Part shown: one piece after another, positions 39,991 through 48,598 of the stretch
How positions within the stretch are numbered: position 1 is the stretch's first letter
Layout of the letters: each line of letters begins with the position of its first letter
Program-made: the position numbers and the translations under genes
The notes under the pieces: model-generated
What the model was told of the DNA's origin: nothing
The model's input: only the letters and a program-made list of their open reading frames with translations
Databases searched by the model: none
Origin: an uncultured virus (IMG/VR IMGVR_UViG_3300028590_000001)
Taxonomy: Duplodnaviria > Heunggongvirae > Uroviricota > Caudoviricetes
IMG/VR virus record: IMGVR_UViG_3300028590_000001
DNA: 64,000 nucleotides
Reading direction: 5' to 3' (one strand)

Positions 39991-41608
39991 AGTCGGCGAT
40001 CAGGTTCGGCGTGGCCGAATCGAACCCGGCGATGTCGAGCATGCCCGCGTCGCTGGGGTCGGCGATGCTGAACCGCGTGCTGGTCATGCCGACGACGATC
40101 AGCTTGGCCGCCGGGTTGACCTGCTCGCGGTACTGCCGCAGCGCCTGGAACGGGTGGATGCTGCCCGCCCAGGTCTCGCTGTCGGTGTAGACGGTGAACA
40201 CGTCGACCACGGTCTTGGTCCTGAGCGCCTCGGTGATGGGCAGCGCGCAATCCGTACCGCCGAACGGCAGGCCACTGACCACGCGGATGGCGTCGTCCAG
40301 CCGCTGGCGCGCGCTGATGCGCAGCGGCGTCAGGGCGGTCTGACCGTACAGCGAGGTGTAGGTGGTGGCGTATCCACGCCGCGCGGGGCGGCGGTTGGAC
40401 GTGAAGCCGACGATCTGGTGCTGCGGCTCCTTGGCCGCCGTGACCAGCGCCAGCGCAGCCGACGCCTCCCGGCAGCTGATGGGCATGCCGCTGATGGACG
40501 CCGTCATCGAGCCCGAGACGTCCAGCGCCAGCATGTGCCGCTTGCCCGTGCTCTCCACGTTGCCGAAGGCCGCGTAGAACGCCGCGTCGAGCGCGTCGGT
40601 CACCTGGGGCACGGGGCTCCAGGTGCTGTCGCCGCGCAGGCTGCGCCCGCCCGCGTAGGTGCGCTGGGCGACCAGCACGTTGATCGGGTGAACGCGCGCC
40701 CTGCGCAGGAGGTTCGGGTCGGTCAGCTGGCCGACCACACCGTCGAGGTGCTCACCGAAGGGCGACAGCATGCCCAGCCGGGTGAGCCGGGGCAGCTGGC
40801 GCATCAGCGCGGTCTGCGGCACGCCCTTGGCCAGCAGCGCCGCCCACACGTCGGCGTCGTTCAGGCGCTCGCTGGGCAGCATCTCCCAGCTGAGACCCTG
40901 CGTGTTGAGGATCAGCTCGGGCAGGTTGGTGCCCGGCTCGTGCGCCTTGACGAACGCCTCGATGAGGGGCAGCTCGGCGAGGTCGGCGTCCCGCCCGCAC
41001 ATCCAGGAGAACAGCTCCTTGCGCGCGGCATTGTCGGTGTGGGGGTGCGCCAGCCGCAGCAGGTCGCGGTGGGTCCAGCCCTCGCGGTTCTGGTACTTCG
41101 CCGCCTGATAGGCCAGCTCCGGCACCGGCCGGGTGACGTACCAGTTACCGATCGCGCGGCGCAGGCCACGGCCCCAGCCACGGAACTGCTCGACGTAGCC
41201 CGCGAACTGGAACAGGTGCGTGCCCGTGCGGGCGACCTGCGGCAGCGCGGCCAACGCCGCTCGCTTACCGTCCTCGTCGGCCAGACCCGCACACGCCGCC
41301 AGCGCGAACAGCGCCTGGTCGTTCTTGGGGGCGCGGCCCGCCGACGAGATGTCCACGATCTCCCGTACCAGGGTGGCCGGGTCGGTCTGGGCGAACTCGA
41401 TGACGACCTGGGCATTGTCGCGGGTCAGCCGATTCTGCCCCACGTAATAGGTGCCGCCGTCCGTGCCCAGCGTGAGGAACCGGCGCAGGCGGGTCAGCGG
41501 GGTGACAGCGAAAACCGCGCCACCCGCATTGTTCATGACCTGATCCGGGCGAGCCTTCTCGGTCTGCGGGGTGACGCGGAGATTGATATTGCGGAGTGCA
41601 TCCGACAT
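39971..41608 (-). CDS. rsr: Ro60 / TROVE + vWA RNA-binding protein
   Basis: QVMNNAGG, RLRRFLTLGTDGGTYY, KYQNREGWTHRDLLRLAHP, ARVHP, MIDAS LALDVSGSM, GGTDCALP, YTDSETW, MLDIAGFD; ATG 41608 with RBS AAAGGA. Confidence 0.95.
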   Translation of the reverse strand: MSDALRNINLRVTPQTEKARPDQVMNNAGGAVFAVTPLTRLRRFLTLGTDGGTYYVGQNRLTRDNAQVVIEFAQTDPATLVREIVDISSAGRAPKNDQALFALAACAGLADEDGKRAALAALPQVARTGTHLFQFAGYVEQFRGWGRGLRRAIGNWYVTRPVPELAYQAAKYQNREGWTHRDLLRLAHPHTDNAARKELFSWMCGRDADLAELPLIEAFVKAHEPGTNLPELILNTQGLSWEMLPSERLNDADVWAALLAKGVPQTALMRQLPRLTRLGMLSPFGEHLDGVVGQLTDPNLLRRARVHPINVLVAQRTYAGGRSLRGDSTWSPVPQVTDALDAAFYAAFGNVESTGKRHMLALDVSGSMTASISGMPISCREASAALALVTAAKEPQHQIVGFTSNRRPARRGYATTYTSLYGQTALTPLRISARQRLDDAIRVVSGLPFGGTDCALPITEALRTKTVVDVFTVYTDSETWAGSIHPFQALRQYREQVNPAAKLIVVGMTSTRFSIADPSDAGMLDIAGFDSATPNLIADFARGDL

Positions 41609-41657
41609 GTGGATTCCTTTGTGGTGTTCCGGCTCGGCGGGGTGCCGAACAGTGGTA

Positions 41658-41687
41658 ATGCTAGCACGGATTCCGTGCGTTGTGCAA
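41658..41687 (-). promoter_or_regulatory. Motif promoter/operator for Ro60
   Basis: Minus strand TTGCAC-aac-GCACGGAATCCGTGC-TAGCAT. Confidence 0.75.
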
Positions 41688-41776
41688 GAAATGCGCAAGA
41701 CCGGGGCCTCACCCTACGGCGAGAAATCCCCGGCCTCACTTCCCGCCGATCCTCGAACCGGCGGGCAGGTCGTGCG

Positions 41777-41887
41777 CGAAACGGACATGGTGTGCAACCG
41801 GAGTATCAGGCGCTCCATTGCTGAAACACCCGAATGGATTCGAACCATTGATATGCCAAGTTAACCGGAATGCTCCGGCCCGTTTCG
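41777..41887 (-). ncRNA. Y-RNA-like unit G (compact tRNA-like module)
   Basis: CGAAACGG/CCGTTTCG closing stem, GCCGGAGC..CGGTTAAC, T arm ATGGTTCGAATCCAT. Confidence 0.8.
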
Positions 41888-41896
41888 TACAGCAGG

Positions 41897-42006
41897 TGCG
41901 AGACGTGGTGTGCAGCTCGGAAGTGTTACGTGGTTCGCCCGGCGCTTGCGCCATCCGACCACGTAGACCACGGGAAAATGGTTAACCGTACTGCTCCGGC
42001 CCCGCA
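41897..42006 (-). ncRNA. Y-RNA-like unit F (long-hairpin module)
   Basis: TGCGGG/CTCGCA stem, GCCGGAGC..CGGTTAAC, 3' GCACACCACGT. Confidence 0.75.
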
Positions 42007-42017
42007 GAAATGCGAGG

Positions 42018-42132
42018 GGACAGGGCGTGGAGTGCGACCCGGCGGCTGTTTCCACCGCTGGCGCAGCTATGGGCTGCGGGCGATGGTGTCCCGTAGGTTG
42101 GCACGGAAAACCGGATTGCTCCGGCCCTGTCC
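42018..42132 (-). ncRNA. Y-RNA-like unit E (non-tRNA module)
   Basis: GGACAGG/CCTGTCC stem, GCCGGAGC..CGGTTTTC, 3' GCACTCCACGC. Confidence 0.75.
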
Positions 42133-42142
42133 AGGAAAGCGG

Positions 42143-42214
42143 GGTGGCGGTCATGTAATGCGGTCGGGGATATTTTCCCAAATGAAGTTAACCCGACTGC
42201 TCCGTCCCGCCACC
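42143..42214 (-). ncRNA. Y-RNA-like unit D (minimal, 72 nt)
   Basis: GGTGGCGG/CCGCCACC stem, GACGGAGC..GGGTTAAC, 3' GCATTACATGA. Confidence 0.65.
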
Positions 42215-42236
42215 GGGACACTTTCCGTAAATCTGA

Positions 42237-42367
42237 GAACGAACGTGGTTGTGCTGCTCGGAGAAATGACTGCTGCTCTACCGGATTGAGCTACGCCCCG
42301 AAGGTGCGCCGGGATTTGAACCCAGAACCCGCAGTTTTGCTGTTAACCGAATAGCTCCGGCTCGTTC
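42237..42367 (-). ncRNA. Y-RNA-like unit C (YrlA-type permuted tRNA)
   Basis: GAACGA/TCGTTC stem; T arm CTGGGTTCAAATCCCGG, acceptor hairpin closed by TTCG, D arm TAGCTCAATCCGGTAGAGC. Confidence 0.88.
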
Positions 42368-42378
42368 AAAAGCTGTGT

Positions 42379-42515
42379 GAGTGAACATGGTGATGCTGCC
42401 CGGAAAGGTGTTGACAGTCGCATTAGGCCGCTCTGCCACCGACCCCTGCGGGGCCGACCGGGATTCGAACCCGGGGTCAACTGTTTGTAGGTAACCGAAC
42501 AACTCCGGCTCACTC
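42379..42515 (-). ncRNA. Y-RNA-like unit B (YrlA-type permuted tRNA)
   Basis: GAGTGA/TCACTC stem; T arm CCGGGTTCGAATCCCGG, acceptor TCGGCCCC/GGGGTCGG, D arm TGGCAGAGCGGCCTAATGC. Confidence 0.88.
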
Positions 42516-42517
42516 CA

Positions 42518-42663
42518 GAAGCAAAGGACAGGCGTGAGATGCCGTCCGGGGTTTACGCGGTGACGCCGTCGCCTGCACCCCCGTAATGGAGGTGGCGGGA
42601 TTCGAACCCACTCTCGCCTTTATTCAGAAGGGTAACCGGTTGACTCCGGCCCGCCTTCGCTTC
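42518..42663 (-). ncRNA. Y-RNA-like unit A (promoter-proximal, T-arm module)
   Basis: GAAGCGAAGG/CCTTTGCTTC stem, GCCGGAGT..CGGTTACC, T arm GTGGGTTCGAATCCCGC. Confidence 0.8.
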
Positions 42664-42674
42664 CGTTGATGAGA

Positions 42675-42703
42675 ACATTACCCGGTTACATGGGCAATGT
42701 CAA
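42675..42703 (-). promoter_or_regulatory. SigA-type promoter for the Y-RNA array
   Basis: Minus strand TTGACA-17 nt-TAATGT ending about 12 nt upstream of unit A. Confidence 0.75.
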
Positions 42704-43158
42704 ATGGTGTCCTGACCAGCGAAGATGCCGTACTTCGGGGCACCGGTGCAGCAGCCACAACAGCCGTGCACCGCCTCTGCCTCCATGCCGTTCGCCTTCC
42801 AGTAGGAGAACTGGTCGGGGTCGGGGTGGCCCACGCCGTGCGCGCACACGCGCTCCAGGATGCCCCTGTCGGCCCGCCAGACGACCTCCCAGCCGCGCAT
42901 GTGGTGCTCGGTGGGCCGGTGCATCGGGCAGGCGTACTGCGGCGCGCAGGCGTCGGGGCTGTGCACGCCGACCAGTCCCAGGTCGGCCACGTCGGTGACG
43001 ATGGGCCGCCCACCGCCCCGGCGCACGCTGATCACCGGCAGGGACACCACGTCGATCTGGGCGATGCGCACGTGGCCACAGTCGACGCAGATGATGTGCC
43101 CGTCCCAGCTGGCCACCTCCACCTCGTGGTCGCACTCGGTCAGTCGATGTTCGACCAC
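42700..43158 (-). CDS. Cys/His-rich hypothetical protein
   Basis: CPMHRPTEHHM and ERVCAHGVGHPDPD motifs. Confidence 0.65.
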   Translation of the reverse strand: MVEHRLTECDHEVEVASWDGHIICVDCGHVRIAQIDVVSLPVISVRRGGGRPIVTDVADLGLVGVHSPDACAPQYACPMHRPTEHHMRGWEVVWRADRGILERVCAHGVGHPDPDQFSYWKANGMEAEAVHGCCGCCTGAPKYGIFAGQDTI

Positions 43159-43637
43159 GGGGTCTCGTCCTCCTCGACGGGGATACGCGGGGGCGCGTAC
43201 CCGATGGCTTCCATGTCGGCCACGATGTCCAGCGCCGCCACGTCCTTGTCGACGGCCGTGGTGGTGCGCTGTTGCTTGGGCAGGCCGTGCAGCTTGCCGC
43301 CGTACTCGAGCACCTTGAGCAGCGTGCCCGAACTGTTGGGGTCGCCCTGCAACATGCCCGGATACAGCGCGCGCGTCATGTCGTTGAGGACGGCCTGCTG
43401 GCGCGCCACCATGGCCTCGGTGGACTCGTCCATGGTTTCCCGCAGCGCACTGTCGATCAGGGTCTCAGCGTCCCGGGGCGACGTGCCCAACTTGTCCGCG
43501 ATGAGGTCCACGCTGAGCCCGTAGTTGCGCAGGCGCACCGCAGCGGCGCGCATCTCGTTCAGCTTGGTGCGGCCCTCCGGGGTGGACATGTCCCACTCGG
43601 TGTAGTCCTTGAGGACCAGCGGCCTACGAATCGTCAT
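43140..43637 (-). CDS. HTH protein, possible terminase small subunit
   Basis: AVRLRNYGLSVDLIADKLG HTH followed by a helical region ending KLHGL. Confidence 0.5.
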   Translation of the reverse strand: MTIRRPLVLKDYTEWDMSTPEGRTKLNEMRAAAVRLRNYGLSVDLIADKLGTSPRDAETLIDSALRETMDESTEAMVARQQAVLNDMTRALYPGMLQGDPNSSGTLLKVLEYGGKLHGLPKQQRTTTAVDKDVAALDIVADMEAIGYAPPRIPVEEDETPWSNID

Positions 43638-43751
43638 CGGTCTCCTCCATCCGTACCCAATGCCCCAGACAGCGCACGCTGTCGCCGGAACAGTCGATGT
43701 GGTCGGTGCAGTATGCGATGCGCCAGTGCGCCAGCACTTGCTGGAGGGTGG

Positions 43752-44333
43752 TCATGTGCGCCCCTTCCTGTGGGCTCGTGGCCGGTTGGCCAGCAGCGGT
43801 AGATCCTGCTGGCGGATCAGCACCTGATTCCGGCCGCCGTCACGCCGGGTCTCGATGCCGAACTTGTGCGCCAGCTTGCGGGCGTGGTCGGTGGTGCACC
43901 GCAGTATCGACGCGGCTTCCCGTGTGGACACCCATTCCTCGGTGGGCGTCGCCCACTTCATGTAGCCCGGTTCCTGGAGCTGCCGGGTCACCCGGTTGTA
44001 GACCAGCACGAACCACTCGTCGTCTCTCGGAATGTCGGGGTCCTGCCGCACGCCGACCTCGTAGTGCTCCACGGCCAGCTCCTCCCGCAGCGTGCGCGCC
44101 GCCCGGTACGCCGACCGCTGGCTGCCGACGATCTTGACGAGCGCCACGTGGCTGTTCGCAACCTGGTTGAGCAGCCGCCCGAAGAACTCGCTGGTCATCT
44201 GCTGCCGCTCCCGCAGCATCGGCCGGGGCCTTCCGTACGCCAGCCGCTGAATCATCTCGTCCTGCGTCATGCTCACCGCGTCGTAGTTGAACGCAGGTCC
44301 CATGTACGGCGCACCCGACGGAAACCGCTCCAT
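43752..44333 (-). CDS. DNA-binding protein with C-terminal HTH
   Basis: WVSTREAASILRCTTDHARKLA. Confidence 0.65.
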   Translation of the reverse strand: MERFPSGAPYMGPAFNYDAVSMTQDEMIQRLAYGRPRPMLRERQQMTSEFFGRLLNQVANSHVALVKIVGSQRSAYRAARTLREELAVEHYEVGVRQDPDIPRDDEWFVLVYNRVTRQLQEPGYMKWATPTEEWVSTREAASILRCTTDHARKLAHKFGIETRRDGGRNQVLIRQQDLPLLANRPRAHRKGRT

Positions 44334-44527
44334 ATAAAGCCCACCCTAAGCACAATGAGATGGTGTTTTGTCTTGGACGATACGCCGTTTCGCGGGTGTG
44401 TGACCCAGGTGTGCTGGCGTGTGAACTGCGTCACATGGTCTGGATGTGATACCGTGATCCACGAAGGCCCCGGCCAGAGTTCTCCAGTTAGTAGTGTTCC
44501 TGGATTGCTGCCGGGGCCTTCGTCGTG

Positions 44528-45334
44528 TCAGTCACCCTCGAACGGGTCCGCGTCCCCTTCGGGGTCGTGCGCTTCGGCCTGGAACCACACCCGGGTTGTC
44601 TCCTTCACCACGCTGCTGCGGACGTACAGCCGCGCCACGGGGTCGGCTTCCACGGCGTCCAGGTCGGCCTTGTGCGTCACCGGCGCGGCCGGGGTGAACA
44701 GCCTGCCGTCACCCTCCGCGCAGCGGAACACCACATCGGTCCGGCCGTGCGTCAGCTCCAGAATGCGCGCAGCCAGTTCGCGCCGCGCCTTCTCCTCGAC
44801 GCTGGCCGCCGTCTTGGCGCGATCACGCACCTCCCGCAGCTTCGTGCCGATGTCGTTCAGACTGACCCATTTCAGGCTCTCGGCGCGCATCTCACCGAGC
44901 GTGGCGTTCATCTCCTGCCACGCACCGCCCCGGATGGCGTCCCACTGCTGGCTCTTGGTCATGTGCTCGGCCGCGCGCAGCGTCAGCCGCAGGGGGATGT
45001 TCGGCGTGGTCTCCGTGACGAACCGCTCGTACAGATCGGTGCGCTCGGTGTGCAGCCGCCGGTAGTCCAGCCGCCGGGTGCGCCGCGCGGGAATCCGGGT
45101 CACCTGCAAGCGCAGCTCGGGCCGACCGGGACGGGGGTTCAGCATCACGCCGTTCGGTGGCACTGCGCGGCTCACCACGCGCCCCGTCAGTTCGGTGTCC
45201 CAGTCCTTGAAGAATCGCTGTCGCCCCTGTGCCCGCAGAATCTGTTGCGTCAGGTCCCACAGCTCCCCCGTCAGCACCGGGGTGAACGGCTCTGCCCGGT
45301 CGAAGGGGCTGCCGTCGAAATTCGTAGTGTTCAT
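44528..45334 (-). CDS. Hypothetical protein
   Basis: 268 aa from MNTTNFDG; long ORF with no competing gene. Confidence 0.6.
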   Translation of the reverse strand: MNTTNFDGSPFDRAEPFTPVLTGELWDLTQQILRAQGRQRFFKDWDTELTGRVVSRAVPPNGVMLNPRPGRPELRLQVTRIPARRTRRLDYRRLHTERTDLYERFVTETTPNIPLRLTLRAAEHMTKSQQWDAIRGGAWQEMNATLGEMRAESLKWVSLNDIGTKLREVRDRAKTAASVEEKARRELAARILELTHGRTDVVFRCAEGDGRLFTPAAPVTHKADLDAVEADPVARLYVRSSVVKETTRVWFQAEAHDPEGDADPFEGD

Positions 45335-45853
45335 GCAGGTCAGCCTACATTGCACGGTGCCACATGGCAAGCTACCCGTGCCATGTACCCCAGCCCTCCG
45401 GGCTAGGGTACTTGTCCCCGCGCCTCGACGCAACCTTCCACGTGGGCCAGTGCGGCTATGAGGGAGCGCCAAGTGGCGCTCCATCCCATGGCGCAGATGG
45501 CCGATGTGGGTAGTCCGTACGCCGTACAGCTACGGCATGATGCACGGGGTACGTGCGTTCTCCCCCCGCCCGCGCCCCCGTACCCGTAGAGGGGTTACGT
45601 TCTCCGGCTACGCGCGGAGGCGTAGCCGAAGCGTAGTCATAGGGTAGGGCAAAAAGCAAATTACTGAAAATCATTTTCATATGCGTAAGTGGCTATACAT
45701 GCATATGACGGCTGCGGGTACGGGTGCGGCCCCGGGCGATGAGGGGGGACCCGGGGCCGCGTGGCGCGGAGCTACCGACGCCGCGCCGAGACTACCACAC
45801 AACCCCCGCACCCCGTGCTATGGTGTGCGCACCACCCAACGAAAGGACATGTC

Positions 45854-46781
45854 ATGGCTGTGACGCCCACCGCCCGCCGGGCAGAGGTACCCGCCCGCTA
45901 CGACGACGGCAGTGTGTTCCGCACGCGGCACGCCGCCGTCTACCACCTGGAACCCCCGCTGACCGTCGAGCGCGAGAACGGCGTTCTGGACGTGCTCGAG
46001 CACGTCATCGTGTCCACCACCGAGACCCTGATGGGCACCGAGACCATGGCCTTCGCCTGCGACGACACGGGCACGCTGCTGTCCTGGGAGGAGATCGAGG
46101 GCCGGGGGTGCTGCGACGAGCACGCCGTCGTGCTGCTGGCCATGGGCTACCCGTACGTCATCGCGCCGACCCAGCGCGCCATCGAAGAGGGCGGCCCCGG
46201 CAGCGACAGCTACACGTCCTTCGCGATCGGGCAGTGACCATGGCCCTCACCAATTCGGAGCTGGCCGCGCTGATCTGTGAGTTCTTCGAGGCCCGGACCT
46301 CCATCTACTTCCTGGAGGAGGACGACGGCCGCTGCCACATCGACGGGCGGTTCAGCCCGCAGGAGCTGGCCGACTGGCTCCAGTCGAGTCTCGACCCCTG
46401 CCCGTGCAACCACGACGGGGAGCACGTGGCCTACATCGGCCGGTGGACCAGCGGCCGGTTCGACGGCGGGCCGTTGCGCAGCGCTTACACCTGTCAGGAA
46501 CACAGCCCCCTGGTGGCGGCGTGGTGCTACCTGGGCACCGCCCTTCCCCCGGTGTGGGTGGGAGACACGTACGGCACTGCGGACGTGCCACCACAGGAGG
46601 ACGAGTGAAACTGGAACTGATCTTCTGGACGGGGTTCGCCTTGTTCATGGCTGGTGTCGTCACCACGTTCTGGCCCGCCAGCGCGCGGATGCGGCACTAC
46701 GGTCCGTGGGTGCTGCTGGCCGCGATGGTCGTACTGATCGTGTTCCTGGCGGCAGAGGCCATCGGGCGGGTGATCGGGTGA
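45854..46781 (+). CDS. Three hypothetical genes (45854-46237, 46240-46608, 46605-46781 membrane)
   Basis: RBS GAAAGGA; coupled to polA. Confidence 0.6.
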
Positions 46782-48598
46782 CGGCCAGCGTCGCACTGCC
46801 CCGGGTGGAGGTCCCGGACGAATCGGTCTACACCCCGGCGTTCGGGTCCACCTTCCACACCGGAGCGGCGGCACGCGCCGCCGTGGCGGACATGCCCGGC
46901 GACATCCCGGTCGCCATCGACATCGAGACGCCCAGCGTCACCGACTCGTTCACCATCAAGTGCGTGACGGCCGCGTGGGAAGGGCACGTCGTGCTGCTGG
47001 ACCCTTCCCGCAACCCTCGAGACGCCGCCGCCCTGCGGCAGGTGTGCGACAAGGCGCAGTGGCTCATCCTGCACAACGCGCCGTTCGACATCCCCGGTCT
47101 GGTGGCCGCCGGGCTGATGACCCTGGACCATATCGACAAGGTCATGGACACCATGGTCATGGCGCGGCTCGTCTACACCGACACCCTGGACCGCAAGGGT
47201 CTGGCTGACCTGGCCGACAAGGTGCTGGGCATCCCGTCGTTGGTGAACGCGCTCAAGATGGCGCAGAAGGCCGCCGGGCTGAACGGCAACGCCAAGTGGT
47301 TCCGCGAGGCCGACATCCACATGCAGACCTACGCCTTCGGTGCGATGGCGGACACGGCCGTCACCCTCGCGCTGGCGCACCCGCTGTTCGAGCTGGCGGT
47401 GAACCATCAGCTGCGGCACCCGTTCGGCGTGCACGGCCTGAACACCCGAGAGGAGGCCGTCGACCTGGTCCTGCACAAACAGGCGGTCAACCGCGTGATG
47501 CTGCGCCGGGGCGCGCGGGGGCTGGAGGTCAACCTGGAGTACCTGGACAACTACAGCGAGTCGGTGGCCGTGCGCGGCGAGCAGGCACGCCAGCAGGTGC
47601 AGGAGTTCGGCTGCCGTCCCGGCAACGGCGCGGACGTCATCCGCTACCTGGACGCCCAGGGCGCACTGCCGCACAACTGGCCACGTACGCCCAGGGGTGC
47701 GCTCAAGTCCGACAAGGACAACATGGAGCGGCTCGAGCACCCGTTGGCCGAGGCGCACCGCATGATCGCGCACACCAAGAAGATCGTCGGCTACATGGAG
47801 AAGACCGCCGCGCGCTCGCGCATCACGGGGCGGCTGCACCCGCAGTACAACATCCTCGGGGCCTCGGCCACGGGTCGCATGTCCGTGAGCGAGCCGGAAC
47901 TCCAGCAGTTCCCCGGCGACGCGCGGCCCATCATCCTGGCGGACAAGGGCAGCGCGGGTGTGCACTCCATCGACTGGAGTTCCATCGAGCCCGCGCTGCT
48001 GGCCTGGATGGGCAGGGACTGGGACTTCATCACCCCGTTCGAGGAAGGGGCCGACCTCTACGAGCCCATCATGCGCATGGCGGGTATCGAGCGGAAGCCC
48101 GCCAAGGTGGTCCTGCTGGCCGACATGTACGGACAGGGGAAGCTCAAGCTGGCGGCGTCGCTCAAGACCGACGTCGAACACGCCCTGAGCATCAAGGCCA
48201 AGATGCGCGCGGCCATGCCGGTGGCGGCCCGCTTCATGAACACCATCAAGGCCGTGGCCGACGAGTACGGCATGGCGCTCACGGTGGCGGGCCGGGTGCT
48301 GGCCGTCCCGCGTTACAACGGCGTGGTGGCCAGCCACAAGGCCGTCAACTACACCATCCAGGGCAGCTGCGCCGACATGATCTACGACGCCATCTGGGCC
48401 GCTGACCGTGCAGGACTGGGCGACGCGATCATGATCCCCATGCACGACGAGATCGTCTGTGCGACGGAGGCGGCCGAGGAGATTCAGCGCATCATGCAGA
48501 CGCCGTCCGCACGGCTCATCCAACGGGCAGGCGGACGGGTACCGGTGATCAGGACGGACAGCGTGTTGCTTGGTCCGGCGTGGACAGGAGACGCATGA
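46778..48598 (+). CDS. polA: DNA polymerase I (family A) with 3'-5' exonuclease
   Basis: ExoI DIET, ExoII HNAPFD, TGRMS, motif A DWSSIE, motif B RKPAK...YG, motif C HDE. Confidence 0.95.
   Translation: MTASVALPRVEVPDESVYTPAFGSTFHTGAAARAAVADMPGDIPVAIDIETPSVTDSFTIKCVTAAWEGHVVLLDPSRNPRDAAALRQVCDKAQWLILHNAPFDIPGLVAAGLMTLDHIDKVMDTMVMARLVYTDTLDRKGLADLADKVLGIPSLVNALKMAQKAAGLNGNAKWFREADIHMQTYAFGAMADTAVTLALAHPLFELAVNHQLRHPFGVHGLNTREEAVDLVLHKQAVNRVMLRRGARGLEVNLEYLDNYSESVAVRGEQARQQVQEFGCRPGNGADVIRYLDAQGALPHNWPRTPRGALKSDKDNMERLEHPLAEAHRMIAHTKKIVGYMEKTAARSRITGRLHPQYNILGASATGRMSVSEPELQQFPGDARPIILADKGSAGVHSIDWSSIEPALLAWMGRDWDFITPFEEGADLYEPIMRMAGIERKPAKVVLLADMYGQGKLKLAASLKTDVEHALSIKAKMRAAMPVAARFMNTIKAVADEYGMALTVAGRVLAVPRYNGVVASHKAVNYTIQGSCADMIYDAIWAADRAGLGDAIMIPMHDEIVCATEAAEEIQRIMQTPSARLIQRAGGRVPVIRTDSVLLGPAWTGDA

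Noticed and set aside
41736..42502. Short ORFs across the Y-RNA array
   Set aside because: No RBS or protein-like composition; RNA structure explains the region.
41777..42663. CRISPR array or ordinary tRNA cluster
   Set aside because: Repeats are short, bipartite and degenerate with uneven spacing, and no cas operon is present. tRNA arms occur in permuted order (T before D) without anticodon loops, fitting Y RNAs instead.
46277..46777. N-terminal extension of PolA (773 aa)
   Set aside because: Overlaps two better small genes; GTG 46778 is coupled to the upstream stop.
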